Source: Nemertoderma westbladi (lineage: Eukaryota > Animalia > Xenacoelomorpha). Taken from it: DNA of 64,000 bases. The DNA lies in contig JAUCBJ010006660.1 of assembly GCA_032718475.1 (NCBI GenBank), positions 41,379 to 105,378 on the forward strand, read 5' to 3'. Positions 50,087 through 63,503 of this stretch are shown here, piece after piece (positions within the stretch are counted from its first letter, which is position 1; each line of letters starts with the position of its first letter). Under the pieces are notes generated by a model that had not been told where the DNA came from, searched no databases, and saw only the letters and a list, made by a program, of their open reading frames with translations. The translations under genes and the position numbers were made by a program.

Positions 50087-50945
50087 TCTTTGCTGGACAA
50101 CCCAAATTCCAAACTAAGTTGAATATGTCCGGAATTATGCAGGTTTGGAAATCTACCATAACGGCAGATTACTATGTAGCTGTGCGTTGTCCACCCCCCA
50201 GGATAAATCAGGAGCACAAAGTATAAGGTCAGTAAAAATGGTGGCTATAAAGAACTTCGCTACTACCCAAGTAGAACCTTATAACTGGGACGAGGACGAG
50301 AGCATCCAACAGCTTAAGATACCTCGATTCCAGACAGATTATCCTGGAGTGCAAATACTCATCGGCCAAAACGCGCATGAGGCGCTCGAGACATTGGAGA
50401 AACGGCCTGCTCAACCGCAGCCACTACAAACCTATGCGGTAAGAACTAGAGTAGGTTGGTACTTCACTGGCCCTTCCCGTAGAACTCTCAAAGAGAGATT
50501 ACCTCAACAACAGGTATACCAAGTAAAGGAATGGGAAGTGGAGAGCAGTGATGTGGACGATCCAACTGAGGGAACACCATACTCCTCAGATAATGACGAT
50601 ATTAACTCCAATGTAGATCAATGGAGACATTGCCTTGGGACGATTAATCCAGCCGACATCGCTTCCAGAGGAGCAACTCCTCAAGAACTGATAGATACTC
50701 CAGGCTGGTTAGGTGGATCCGACTTCTTAAGTAAAGAAGAAGAAGAATGGCCTCCTCATCTTACCACGGTGGAGATTAGACAGGCCAAGGGAGCGGAGAA
50801 AGTAACACAACAACTCAATCGCCCCGCTAGTCGTTTATGTTTACTGGAAAGAGACCGAAAACTGTCCGGAAACTATGGAAGGCAAGATACTCTTCCTACG
50901 AACACTTCCCTAATCCGACAAATATCTAGGGACTCCATAACGTAA
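50087..50945 (+). pseudogene. A2 protease C-terminus plus RNase H remnant, after the B insertion
   Basis: Matches A1 16210-17066; extra frameshift near 50180. Confidence 0.85.
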
Positions 50946-52574
50946 TAACATATGGAGTGGGCGTGTGACTATATCATTTTATATTTGTTTTTATTTTATA
51001 TTTATGTATGTATTATTATGTAATTTTATTATAATCGTTTCCTTTAATTTTATTTAGTAGAATGTTATTTTAGTGATTATTTAGTAGATTAGTGCAATAT
51101 ATTAGTGTTTATTACGTACGTAATTACTTATAATATATTTAGTGCGACGGCGAGAAATAATTATTTTTTCTCTTTCCTTACTGTCCATATCATATTATAA
51201 ATACGTGACTACAGTAAGATGAAATGTCCGTACTTATTAAAGTACAATAAAGCTCCTACTATACTTAAGTATTATTGGTAGGCAGAGTATTAGGAATGCA
51301 AAGTTCAGATCCTCGTGTCTCGGCTAAACCAAGCTCTGGGTAGACCTTGGAAACGACTTGCCTCTTCACACTGACATTGCTTCGTGCGATATTGCTCTTC
51401 TACGTTATATTAAATAATACATATAGTAGCGTGATGTCCCTATAACAGTAGCGTAAAACGCAAATAAATCTGTTAAACCTTTTGACCATCTGTAATTCTA
51501 GTCGATTAAGATATCGCGGCACCCACCGATATACTTGAAAGACAAATTCTAGAATCAGTGGTTAACGTCCCCAGACAAGTTCTGGAATAAATCGGTGCCC
51601 ATCTTAAATATTAATTTAATATTTATTAAAATCTGTAAAATTCAGATCCTTTAAAATTTCTAGTCAATTAAGATATCGCAGCACTTACCGATACTCTTAA
51701 AGGACAATTTTATAGAATTAAGGATCCTCAGTCCCCAGACATGCTCTGGAATAAAAATTGTGTCAATTTTAACATCAAATAATAAAATTCACAGGAATAA
51801 ATTTAAATTCATATTTTAAATGAATTTATTAAACTGTCATTTTTATACAATTTATAACATTCCCAAAATTCCATTAATTAATAGATCATGGGAGCGGAGA
51901 TTCATCCTATTGAGTGTATTAGAGTGCGAGAATCTCCAACATATAGTCAATAGCCGATAAAATTAATAAAATCATGCATAAAGAGGATATTGACAATTAA
52001 AGAATTACTATTAAATAGCATTCCAGATCTGTATGCATGAGAATTACCCTAATTCTACCGCTAGCTTTCCATAATGTCACCATAGCAACACCCACGCTAG
52101 AATTAGAAGCAAGTTAAAAGAACAATAGAAAGCTTGTCCCATTGCATAGCATAGAGAATACATAGCACACTGTTAGTATCCAAGGATACACAATAATAAC
52201 GTGACATTCTGGAAGGCACTGACTAACGGACAAATGGCTTGTATGTGTACAATTGGTGACAGTTGTGTGGAATTTGTGCGTTTACAGGTGAATGTTACTG
52301 CTAAAGTATGTTTACAGTAGCTAGTCGCAATTGTGAAAGTAGCCCAACTCTCCTATAGAAAGAACCTAAAGTGGATTCAAGCCTTTGGGACGGACAGTGG
52401 AGTGACTTGTGCCGGTTATCGTTGTCGTGCTGTTGCTACATGTTGGCGTAAACACCGCGACGACGATACATCGGCGCTGAGAATCCCACTGTCCGGGGGC
52501 AAAGAAGGTAGGCAGCGACGCCCGCTCGCCTAAACATAAACTCATTATAATATTAATCAACCCAAATAGCAGAT

Positions 52575-53570
52575 ATGACGGAGTTGATAGAAGATGATCT
52601 TGGTATCAGGGAGCGATATACTCTAACTTTACAAGCATTTGTGGATAGCTTGATACGCGGTGAAGCCGATCCAACCATTACGGAGGACGATGGTCGTTAT
52701 ATCGAACCGCCGCTGTCCCAAGAGCAACTTACGCGTGAATTGGACTATCGAAAATTCACCGCTCGCTATACGCATCGTAATGGTACGTATATGGACTTCT
52801 TAACTACCGGCCATCCTATCGATTTACATGATACGGACGATGTAGACACCGAAAGGGAAATGGTTCTATTTGGATATCATACCCGGCGGAGTCGTAACGA
52901 TAGGCCGAGAATAGAACACGAAAATTCTATTTGTAATAGACTGGAAAGAGAAAACGTTGAAGAACCGGATAAACGCATCGACTTCAACAAATACCTAGAA
53001 TTTTTGAGAGAAACCTATCTCAACATCGCCAGTCAGCAGAACCTAGAGACTCGATATCCTCAAGGTATACATCATGACCCTATGGTAGAACTCAAACGGC
53101 TCTATTTCACTATGATGTATCTTACCGCCGCTCGTCCACTACCTGTTATCCCGGATAGTTTTGAACAAATGGAAGAATATTGCGGAGCTGGAGAACGATC
53201 ACCCGCGTTTCCTCTACAGGACGTACGTCTTTGGCATTGTTGTGACGAATGCCCTAGACCCAACCAACAAACTGAAAGACATAAACATCCGCGGAGACGT
53301 TGCGCTAAACATAATTTTACGCGTTATACTTACGGGAGTTTCGAGCGAAACCTGTTCGACCTATCACCTACGATCGCTCGTCTTAAACGATCACTAAATA
53401 AACCCATGATCAGAGTTCCGGAATACTCGGTCAGGCCTCCTCGTTTCCCAGTGAGACTTCGGACTCTTGGTCCTGGCAGTATCACTGATCCTCCCGAACT
53501 ATATTCGCTGTTCCTATTTCCACGAAAAACCGGCGATGGAAATTTATTGTGCATATTGCAGACTCAATAA
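52575..53570 (+). CDS. A2 accessory ORF2, 331 aa, function unknown
   Basis: Intact ORF; acidic N-terminal half; WHCCDECPRP..HKHPRRRCAKH Cys/His cluster; no transmembrane segment. Confidence 0.7.
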   Translation: MTELIEDDLGIRERYTLTLQAFVDSLIRGEADPTITEDDGRYIEPPLSQEQLTRELDYRKFTARYTHRNGTYMDFLTTGHPIDLHDTDDVDTEREMVLFGYHTRRSRNDRPRIEHENSICNRLERENVEEPDKRIDFNKYLEFLRETYLNIASQQNLETRYPQGIHHDPMVELKRLYFTMMYLTAARPLPVIPDSFEQMEEYCGAGERSPAFPLQDVRLWHCCDECPRPNQQTERHKHPRRRCAKHNFTRYTYGSFERNLFDLSPTIARLKRSLNKPMIRVPEYSVRPPRFPVRLRTLGPGSITDPPELYSLFLFPRKTGDGNLLCILQTQ

Positions 53571-54384
53571 CTTGCACATTTTTGCGGTTTGCCCTCAATT
53601 TATGACTCAATGTCACCATTGTCAACTAAAGGGACACGCCAGTTTCGATTGCCCTTTTAATCACGATTTGGAAAGCGTAGATGAAATGATTACACTACGT
53701 TACATCAGAGCTTGGGAAGCGAACACTGATTTACATTGTGATTCGCGCCATCGTTATTATCCTGGACGCGCTTACGAAGGAGTTTATGCGTTCCATCCTT
53801 ATCTATTAGCTTCTGTCGAACAGAAATCACGCATATCGAGTTACGAGCTACTGAAGCGCGTTGGAGAATGTATTTCAACCAAGTTCGTACGCAAATTTCT
53901 CAGGAGTGTTAATCCTAGCGACCTTCATTCCTATAACTTAATCAATTATATCCGTCAGGATCCGGACTATGGAGACTTATTTGTTAACTCACACCCCGAG
54001 TTACAGGAAGTGTATCGACGACCTTACGAATACCGAGCCCACGAACGCGAGTTGGAAAGAACCATTAAACCCAGGAGGTTTCTGACTGCCTATGGTCCAC
54101 CCACGGCTCTCGTTCAGACCACTCGTAAAGGACCCGTCAGAGCGGCTGTCCTAAAACGTGCTCTCAAGGCCGTTAGACCCCTCTCCCCAGACGTTGATGT
54201 CAATCAACCCGGCACTTCGACTGGCGGATACACCGACCATAATCCTACACCCTCTGATGCAATCATATTGCACCCTTCACCCATGAGTTATAGCCCTCCT
54301 TGTAAAGTGGCTCGCCCCAAAGAGAAAAAGACTCTGGCCAGCTTTAAAAAACTGCGTAAACGCCGTCCGCGCAAGAAAGACTAA
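53536..54384 (+). CDS. A2 accessory ORF3, 282 aa, zinc knuckles and basic tail
   Basis: Same length as the A1 copy with many synonymous differences; KKLRKRRPRKKD. Confidence 0.75.
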   Translation: MEIYCAYCRLNNLHIFAVCPQFMTQCHHCQLKGHASFDCPFNHDLESVDEMITLRYIRAWEANTDLHCDSRHRYYPGRAYEGVYAFHPYLLASVEQKSRISSYELLKRVGECISTKFVRKFLRSVNPSDLHSYNLINYIRQDPDYGDLFVNSHPELQEVYRRPYEYRAHERELERTIKPRRFLTAYGPPTALVQTTRKGPVRAAVLKRALKAVRPLSPDVDVNQPGTSTGGYTDHNPTPSDAIILHPSPMSYSPPCKVARPKEKKTLASFKKLRKRRPRKKD

Positions 54385-54462
54385 CTGTTTAGAGTATTTA
54401 CGTATATTAGAAACTGTGATTTTTGTATATTTATAGACTCAAATCCCATTTTCTGGGAGCGG

Positions 54463-55690
54463 TGTAAAAGCTTTTGTGGGATGTAACTGGTCCTTTTGCT
54501 TTGCAATCCAGTTCCCCCCCCCCCAGGCGCTGGAATACTCTAAAAAGCTCTCTAACTCGAATGATGCAAAGCGACCGGCTGATTGGCTGATTTGTTATAC
54601 GAGGGGCTCTTTGCTATGTTCTATCGGCCAACCAGAGCTATAGCAGCAGAGTATGCAACCAGGGCAACCGAGCGGAGTGACTCATTTTGTGTGTTGGCCA
54701 AGGGCTGCAAAAATCCTGATAGTTCGGCATTTAGATATTCGTGGAACCTGTGGAATCTGGTGTTCTGCCAATGAGAGCTATCCCTCTCTGTGTAAAAAGA
54801 TACCTGCAACGGTGTTAGAGTCAGAGAGTGTTTTTGTTACTGTTGTGTTGTTTCTATCTAGGCCAGGAACACCGGCTCTAGAGTCAATTCGTTTCAGACT
54901 TTAGAAGAAACATTAGTAGGCTTAGATTATAGAGCGTATAACTGTTATCGGCTCAATCGGCACATACATTGTCATATCATATCTTAACCTACCGTCTTAA
55001 TGCTTTTACTGTTGTTATTATTTTGTATCAGTTGGTTGAATATTATTTGGAGAACATCTATAAAGAACCCAAATTTCCCAATTTTCTTGATACACTACAG
55101 GTTAGAGAGACAGGTTACATATAGCGATTGCGACTTATATTATCGTGGTTTGTAGTGAGTTTAATGCTATTTGATAGGCACTACATGAGTCAATTGCTGT
55201 TCTCTTTATGTATGATAAAATTCATTGACGGTCGGCAGATTAGTGAGCAGTATTGTGTGTTACCGGTAGTGTGCATGATTGTGGCTGATAACTAAGCATT
55301 TCCTAAAGAATGCGCCTCATACGTGAATCATAAGCCTTACCAACTTACCGTTGTGTTTAGTACAAGTCATATCTCTGTTTACCTAGATAGAGCGCCACGT
55401 CCTAAAGGAACTGTTAATATTTCCCGAAAGTGAATAATATTGGTCAGAAATTATTTATTAACGGTCAATCGAATAATACAGTAAGCTTACACTGCAATAA
55501 CAATCTAAGCCCTCCGAATCCAGTCTCCCGGGTATATCCAGCGGGTGAATGGACGCGCACTAGGCTGGCTTCGGCTAATGTTGTGTTTATTGGTATTAAA
55601 TACTTGTCATTTTCTAAAGTCTATTTATAAACCAAAAGACATATAAATTTTGGCAGGTTAAACTGCTAAAGGTCTTCAAAAGCGCGTACA
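54463..55690 (+). repeat. A2 3' LTR
   Basis: Direct repeat of 36025-37250, followed by TSD agtcc. Confidence 0.95.
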
Positions 55691-55695
55691 AGTCC

Positions 55696-56090
55696 ATTCC
55701 CACTATGATGGATACCTTCCGGACGTCCACTTCCGGTATCGAGAAATCGATCTCGTCCAGGAATCTGTATTGCTTGACCTCGATGTTAGTGGGTCGCCTG
55801 GCATTTATATTAATCGATTCTATAATCTGAATGGGGTCGATGGTCGCCCCATAGTTACATCCCGGTGCTATTGCTGATATCTCGCACCGTCCCGTCCTCA
55901 CCTCCAGGATCTCATCCGTGCTGGAGATAGTAGTTACCGCCATCCTGCTCGGCCTCGCCTGTAACCTTATATCCTCGGCCACCCAATTCTCCACCAATGT
56001 GAAGGCTGCTCCGCTGTCGACCAGCATCAACGTCGTAACTGATCAACCACTTTCTCCCATCACCCTCACCGGTACCACCCCGAGTAGTAC
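55696..56090 (-). pseudogene. Aspartic protease of element C, interrupted by A2
   Basis: LVDSGAAFTLV...VSIIVGMD; continues below 36024. Confidence 0.8.
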
Positions 56091-56967
56091 CGTTCCCCTT
56101 CTCTTCGCTCCTACGGTGCTTGTCGCCATCGTTTGGCCTTTGCCTTGACCGAATTTTGTGTCTCCTTACATTGCTTAGCCTTGTGTCCGCCCGCCACACA
56201 TCAATGACAGATTCCACTTTTATTCGCGTATTCTACCTGGTCTTGTTTGGGTAATGCTTGCCAATATCTGCAGTTCATGGTCTGAGGAAGTGCGTTCGAG
56301 TGTAGTTGGCATTTGTTTCTCGGATTATAGCCTTCCCTATACAGCGCGCTGCGTATCGCACGTATATTCATACTTAGCTCTCTACTGTTCTTATTATTTG
56401 GGTTTGGTCTACTGGGCGTGTTGGGGTTATATTTATTTGTGTTGTTAATTTTTCCCTGTCCATGCCATGGTGTGGCCCTACCCCTGGCTATCTGTGGACT
56501 AGCAGTCCCCTGTGTCGTCGCGTATGGTAGCGATTGTCTCAGCTTTGGTAATGCATTTGCCGCACTATGTTCTGGTTTTGGCCTGTTATATTCGGTCTTC
56601 AGTGCCCTCCCCAGACTATCCTCGCTGTAGACTGGGTCCGTGATCAACTCTGCTTCATAATTGAGGAAGTTCGACATTTCCTCTAGGCCCGGTTCCGCAC
56701 CTTTCTTCTCCCGGGTGGAGAAGGCGATCTTCCTCCATTTGTTCCTTAGCCAGATTGGCAGTGCCTGCGCTATCGTGGTAATGTTATTCGATGCATTGAG
56801 TTCGTATGGCGCATCCAAGGTCTTTAGCACGATCAGCGCCTTCTCGACCTTATTCGCGAAAGTCTTTATACTAACTAACTAACTATACTATCTTTATACT
56901 AACAGGGTTATCCTGTAGGCCACCCGATGTTATTCCCCTCAAGGTCTGCCGGATGATCTTGGCTGGG

Positions 56968-58151
56968 TGTTTGCGCGTTTAGACCTTTAGCAGTTTAACC
57001 TGCCAATTTTAGTTGTCCTTTTGTTTATAAATCGACTTTAGCCTTTTACCAATTACTTAGTGTCCTGAAGTTACATCAGCCGAAGCCAGTCCGTATGCGG
57101 CGTATGACCCACGGTGTGGGAGACTGGATTCGGATTCCTTGGGAAGTATTGCAGTGTAGACCTACTGTATTATTCGATTGATTGCTACTATATAATCTCT
57201 GACAACTATATTTACTTTCGGGGAAATATTAACAGTTCCTTTAGGACATGGCGCTTTAAGTATAAAAACAGAGTTATGACTTATACTAATCACAACTAGA
57301 TGGCCACAGAGTTTCGTAAATAGCGCATTCTTTAGCAGATGCTTTATTAACCTTCACACTACTTCACACGACTTCACACTACTTCACACTACTTTACACT
57401 AGTTTGCACTAATCTGCCGACCATCACTGAATTTGATCATATATAAGGAGGATCGCAACTGACACATGTAGGGATTATGAAATAGCATTTAATTCACACA
57501 AAACCACTATATTTTAAGTCGCAGTTGCTACCGGTAAACTCTATTCCTCTTACCTCAGTAATCAAGAAGATTGAGGGGTTTATGATTATTTATCGATATT
57601 CTCCAAATATAACATCAATATCCATTAATATAACAACAATTAATACTATAAAACAGAAGTAAAATAATGCGGTGAACAGTCAGCATGTGTTACTTATGCA
57701 GTTATGAAATGTGCAAAATGTTCAGTAATATGCAATCAGTGATTCAGAGTGTATCCAGTCATATGAGTTGATGTTACGATGCGGTGATTCAGTTAATAGT
57801 TTTACGTTCTTATAACCAAGGCTATCTGATGTTCCTAGGCCAAAGTCTGAAACTTCCGCACAGAAGCACAGAAATTCTGAGTTGGTTCTGATGCTCAGAA
57901 AATAGTAAACAAAGACCGTAATGCATTGCGCGAGTTTCTATAGGTTTCTATTAGCCGTAAAGTGAAAATTGCTCTGATTGGCTGAATAAGACAGAACAAA
58001 GAACTTCCACGTCCACAAAGAATCAGCTGACAGATTTCGTCATCTTGGTTCTAATTCCTTCCCGTCGCGTAATTGGATAAATTTAGGGCTATTTTAGAGT
58101 ATTCTGCGCATTGCGTAAAAATGACTTGTTATGTCCGCAAAAGCTTTTACA
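56968..58151 (-). mobile_element. Solo LTR D, 1184 bp, diverged relative of the A LTR, inserted in C gag
   Basis: Minus strand tgtaaaagcttttgc...ggcaggttaaactgctaaaggtc..aaaca; TSD ctggg on both sides; splits EYGHP|AKIIRQ. Confidence 0.9.
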
Positions 58152-59585
58152 CTGGGTGTCCGTATTCCTTGTCTAGGGCCCGCCATGCAGTCGTGAATCC
58201 ACCCTCGATGCCTTGATCCTGCCTCACGATATCGTACGCTGGGCCCCCTGTGTGAACCTGTAAATATTTTAGGCACTCCGCCTGCGTCAGATTCTTAGTT
58301 AATATTTCATTACTGTACATGTGTCGGAATTGCAGGTATTCTTCCGGTCTGCTTCCATCGAATTTAAATGGCTCCACTGGTGGCAGCTCGATCCTGGTCT
58401 TAAGCGCATCTATGAGTGTTGCCATTCCCATCGCCTGTGCTTCCAATGGGTTCGACGGATGCTGTACAGACTCTCCCGTTGTTGGGTGCGGTTCGCCTGT
58501 CGGGCCTGTCGATCTTTTCTGTTTCGGATATATCATTGGGGGTAACGGCCCCCTCCATATCTCTGTATCGCATGATCTATTCTGGTCCGAGGGGTTTGGG
58601 GTTTTTGTTCTCGGTAGAGTGTATTGCTGATATTGTAATGAGGGAATGTCACCCTGCCCCCCCCCCCCCCCTCCCCACTGGTGTTATATTTGGTACTGGG
58701 GTTGATGTTAATATATTGGGGCCCACACACCTATCTGCAATAACTCCCCCCTCCCCTGGGGTATATGTTATATCCCTGCATATTACAGTATTATAGTCAT
58801 ACTGGTGTGCAGGTACCGGTATAGGCCTATCTACTTCTTGCCTACCTACCGGTATGTACGCCGCGACTTCCAGATCTAATCCCATTGTTCGCGCTACCCT
58901 ATTGCCTACACCATCTCTTCCAACATGGCCTATAGTATGTGCAGTAAGGCCTACAGTATGTCCTGCAGTCTGCCTGTGTCCCTCTGGACCGGAGTTTAAT
59001 CTTCTCGAATATTCCAAGAAGTCCTCCCCTCGCCCACCGTACTCTCGATCGGCAGCTATATCCTGTCGGGAAGTTTCTCTTCAATCCCCTCTTCTGTCCT
59101 CGTCCTCGTACCGGTACATCCTGTACTCTTCTCCCGGTGTGCGGTATATCTCACCAGGCTGCGTCTCTCCGGGGCGACAGCAATCTCCCGGAGTTCGACC
59201 CCACTGACTCTCTAACTCCATCTCTGCCACCGACGGTTCGCTGTCCATCCTCGCTCTCCGGTTGCTCGTAGCAACGCTTATTCTATTCTCTTCACTTCTT
59301 CTCTCTTCAGTGTAGCGATTCTGCTCATGAGATCTCTCTTCGACCTCCCGGTTAAACTCCACTGTTCTTCTTCCGTCTTCCGACTGGGCTCGTCGCTCGC
59401 CCACTCACGGCGTCAACCTCTCTCTCTCTACCCGGTTGGACGCTCCTGGGGATAATCGCAATCCCCCTACTATTCACCGTCGTTGGGTGCCACGGTTCAC
59501 CTAACTCACCCCGCGCACCATCCACCGACGCCTGTTGGACATTCTCTGCCCCCCCCCCCCCCCCTCGCCACTAATCTCTCACGAA

Positions 59586-61371
59586 TTCCGACTTCTAATA
59601 GTGAAAAAAAGTTGTGGACCAATGAAATAAGACTCTAGTACAAAAAAAATTAAAAAAAAAATTTCATCTTTAGGTTCCCCCAGCTCCTTCAAATTTCAAA
59701 AATTTCCAAAATTTCGAAAAAAATCACAATCTTAAAAAATTAAATTTTCCGACTTCTAATAGTGAAAAAAAGTTGTGGACCAATGAAATAAGACTCTAGT
59801 ACAAAAGAAATTAAAAAAAAATTTCTTCTTTAGGTTCCCCCAGCTCCTTCAAATTTAAAAAAATTCCAAAATTTCGAAAAAATTCACAATGTTAAAAAAT
59901 TAAATTTTATTTCTTGTAATACTGTAATAGCTGTTAAAAGTGCTGCTGAAACACAAAATAAATTGTAACAATAAATTTGGACAATCAGTGAGTGTCTATG
60001 AGCTTCCCACAATGCTGTCAATGTTTAGCAAAATGTCAATTATTTCATAGATTAAAATCTATTTAGTTTAGCTAGGAAGCGATTGAGTTATCTGTTTAAT
60101 TGTAGTGCGGGATCTTGATGACCATTCATCCTTTATAACACCTTAAAGTCAGATTTCTTGTTGAATTCTTTCATTGTTGCTCTCGCAACGTTTCTGGACC
60201 GGATAAATCGGTCTCGCTCCTGAGGACCACAAACAGATGAAGAAGCTTCTGTGACGTGTTTCACACAGCGCTCAACCGCTTGTGTATGACATGGAAGTGA
60301 CGAGAACTTCTCCTTTGTAATGATATGGAGTTCTGATTCTGGAATATCTTTGGTGAGAGGCGGCTCTGTCCGAAATTCGTTGCCCAAACTTGTCCAATAA
60401 ACAATTTCCGTGTAGTCCATTGCCGCAAAGTTGACTGGTGGAACAATAAACTCACGAATCCCAGATTTATGAGACTCTTGTACTCTTCGAGCTTTGAGAA
60501 TGCGACGGACAGCCAGTTCTTTAATATGAATTCGTTCATCGACAAGCATTGAAACTAATACATATTTTCTGGATGACAGAAGTAGGTATTGCGTTGGACA
60601 GTAGAGTGAATCACATTCTTATAGTCTGTAGGAAGATAGGCTGAGCGTTGTATGATATTAAATATGTGCTTTGGTCCATCCAGAATCGAATTATTTGTCT
60701 TTATATGAAACCAGGTTGTTGCGTAAACATTTATTACAAATGTTGCTAAGACAGAAAGGTTCTCATCTGTATTGATACAGTAGTAGTAGAAACATTATTC
60801 TATTGGCAGTGGTGAGCCACCTGGAGTGAACTAGTTTGCCTGGATTAGATTCAGACAATGCAGCAGATACTTAACCAGATACAACAGATTTGCACATCTG
60901 CAAAAGGTATTTCTGATCAGAACTGAGATCCTTCGAATCAACCTCACTGAGTCTGTGTGAGATTAAACCATTTTAATTTAAAGACCGAATTTATATCAAA
61001 AGTCTTAAAAATATTAACAAATGAGACAATTTGTTTACATTTAAATTTCACTTACTTTCTTTTATTTGTCTATAAATATTATTAATCAATATTAATAAAA
61101 AAAATCAGACATAATCCAGCCTATATGGTGTATTCTCACATTTGGAAAGTCATTCTCATTGAACATTTCTATTGGAATATAATTTAACAACAGGTTTCAA
61201 CTGGCAATCTGCAAGAGCCCGCCCAATTGGTCCACTATAACTCTTGGGTCCAGTTGTGGGACCATCTATAAACTCAAATAAATGCCGTAGCAACAGCTCA
61301 TTGCCATGCAGCAAACAAATTACCCATTGGAGAGGATGGTGTAGCCGCTCCTCGCAACACCGAACACCCTA
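59586..61371 (-). mobile_element. hAT-superfamily (hATm-like) transposon fragment inserted in C gag; one end missing
   Basis: Minus-strand end tagggtgttcgg; PGKLVHSRWLTTANRI and PCHTQAVERCVKHVTEAS..RDRFIR; 161-bp tandem duplication 59586-59907. Confidence 0.65.
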
Positions 61372-61381
61372 GTGTCCGTAG

Positions 61382-61412
<31 letters not shown>

Positions 61413-63503
61413 ATTCGCCACTTCTTACTTCACTACCTCCTACTTCGCTTCTACGCCCCTCTCTAGTCGACGCACTATCTCTACTCCGGCTGGGTCTGCT
61501 CACCCCTGCCTCTCCCTGTGTGACTGCGTGGCCTGTGCAGGCTCCCGTTCGGGTTGACTCACCCCCGCTACTCCCTGCCTAACTACTTGGCCTTGCAGGC
61601 TCCCGTTGGGGTGACTCACCCCCGCTGCTCCCTGCATAACTGCGTGACCTTGCAGGCTCTCGCTGGTCTGACCACCTGTGTCCCCTACATTCGTATTAAT
61701 AGCACCGTTATCAATAATATTGTTATCTAAATTATTTAAATTATTTTGTTCAGAGTTAGGGCTATTATTTGGAATATTTTGTATAATTAAATTAGAATTA
61801 TTTGGATTATTTTGTCCGTTCAAATTAATATTATTTGGATTATTTTGTACGTTTAAATTAATATTATCTGGATTATTTCTATACGTTTAAATTGGTATTA
61901 TTTGGATTATTTTGTACATTTGAATCAAAATTATTATCACCGGGTAAAATATTATTTCCTGCAACAAAAGTTTGATTAGGGTTGTCTACTACGGTACTAT
62001 TAATATTAATCCCTTCTAACGTACTATTATTACCCCCCCCCCCCCCCCCCACCCTTACGGTTACACCAGTCCTGGGTCTGTCGTCCGGTGCCTGTAAGTG
62101 GGGTGTTAACAAACATTTCCATTACTTCTGGCTCCTCGTAAACACTACCCGAACCAGCCTCACTCTCCGATAATCCCAACTTCGCCAGTTCTAACCGGCG
62201 CTTTTGCTTCGCCTGGTATTGCATAAGCCCCCTCAGCCGGGTATGCATATCATCCCGCATACGCTTTCCCGCTCTCTCTCTGTCCTCTCTCAAACTCTGG
62301 TTGACCAATTCTGCCTCCCTCGCCTCCCGCTCTCTATGCTCGTTCGTTTCTCTCTCGACCCTCGCTACCTCTCTCGCCCCTTGCTCTCTACGCTCGCTCT
62401 CTACTTTCGCCTCTCGCTCTTTGCGCTCGTTCTCCACTTTCGCCTCTCGCTCTTTGCGCTCGTTCTCCACTTTCGCCTGTTGCTCTTTGCGCTCGTTCTC
62501 TATTTTCGCCTCCCGCTCCTCGCGCTCTTTCTCTACTTTCGCCTCCCGCTCCTCGCGCTCTTTCTCTACTTTCGCCTCCCGCTCCTCGCGCTCTTTACGC
62601 TCACTCATCTCTCTTTCTTCCCGCTCCCTGCAGTTTCTCGCCACCTTCTCGGCTCTCCCTCTACATTCCCTCGCTAACTCTCTCTCTTTCTCTAATAACG
62701 CGGTTCCCTCGTCCAGTTGCCTCTCCAACTCCTGCTGATCCAGCGCCACAAGGTCTAGTTGACACGCCAGATCTATCTCTAACACCCTTCTTGCTTTTGC
62801 GGAGGATGTAGCGGACTTATCGGTTCTCGACGGACTCCCGTCGCCTCTCTGTCCTACTAACTTTCCCCCGCTTTCTGGGGTTCTCGCTGACCGACGACAC
62901 CGAATCCTCGGGGTTAACCTCGGGTTCGCCGTCGTGCGGGTCCGCCCAACCCACTAACTTAATTCCCCTAGCATCCACTAAGTAAGGCCCTACCTACGTA
63001 CACTACCTCAGGCTCCATTACCCCGGACCGCCACAATTCAAACAGTTCCGTGGCGACCCCCCTCGCTCTCTCACTCGCCAGTTCTCCCTGTCCAAAACGG
63101 ACTAAATATCGAAATTGTTTATTCGACTCACCTAGCCTCTGATGTAGTTTAGGCTGGTCTACCTTTCTCCCTTCCTTGGCCTCCTTAAGCAGTTTCTTGG
63201 TGGCGTTGTAGGCCCGTCGTAGCCGATCACTCGTCCCGACATCCTCTTCACCGACTCTGCCTCCTGTCCTCGTCCGGCGTCGTACCAGCGGCCCCACCGT
63301 CGCCGTTCCGGTGGGCCGTCCGTCGCCCTCGGCCTGTGGCTGGCCGGCGACTTTGGTATTGCGTGTCGTACCGTCTCCCCGTGCGGCGTCGCTCATCTCT
63401 CCCTCGTGGATCCGGCGCCCTCCTGTGATCGGCCGCTCATTTTCTTTCTCGCTGTTTTGTCTGCAGTCACAGTTTATTTAGTTGGCAGGTGGAAGTTAAT
63501 GAC

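Larger units (their letters stand above)
36025..55690 (+). mobile_element. BEL/Pao LTR retrotransposon A2 (same family as A1), inserted in the protease of C and carrying B
   Basis: LTRs 36025-37250 and 54463-55690; TSD agtcc; collinear with A1. Confidence 0.95.
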
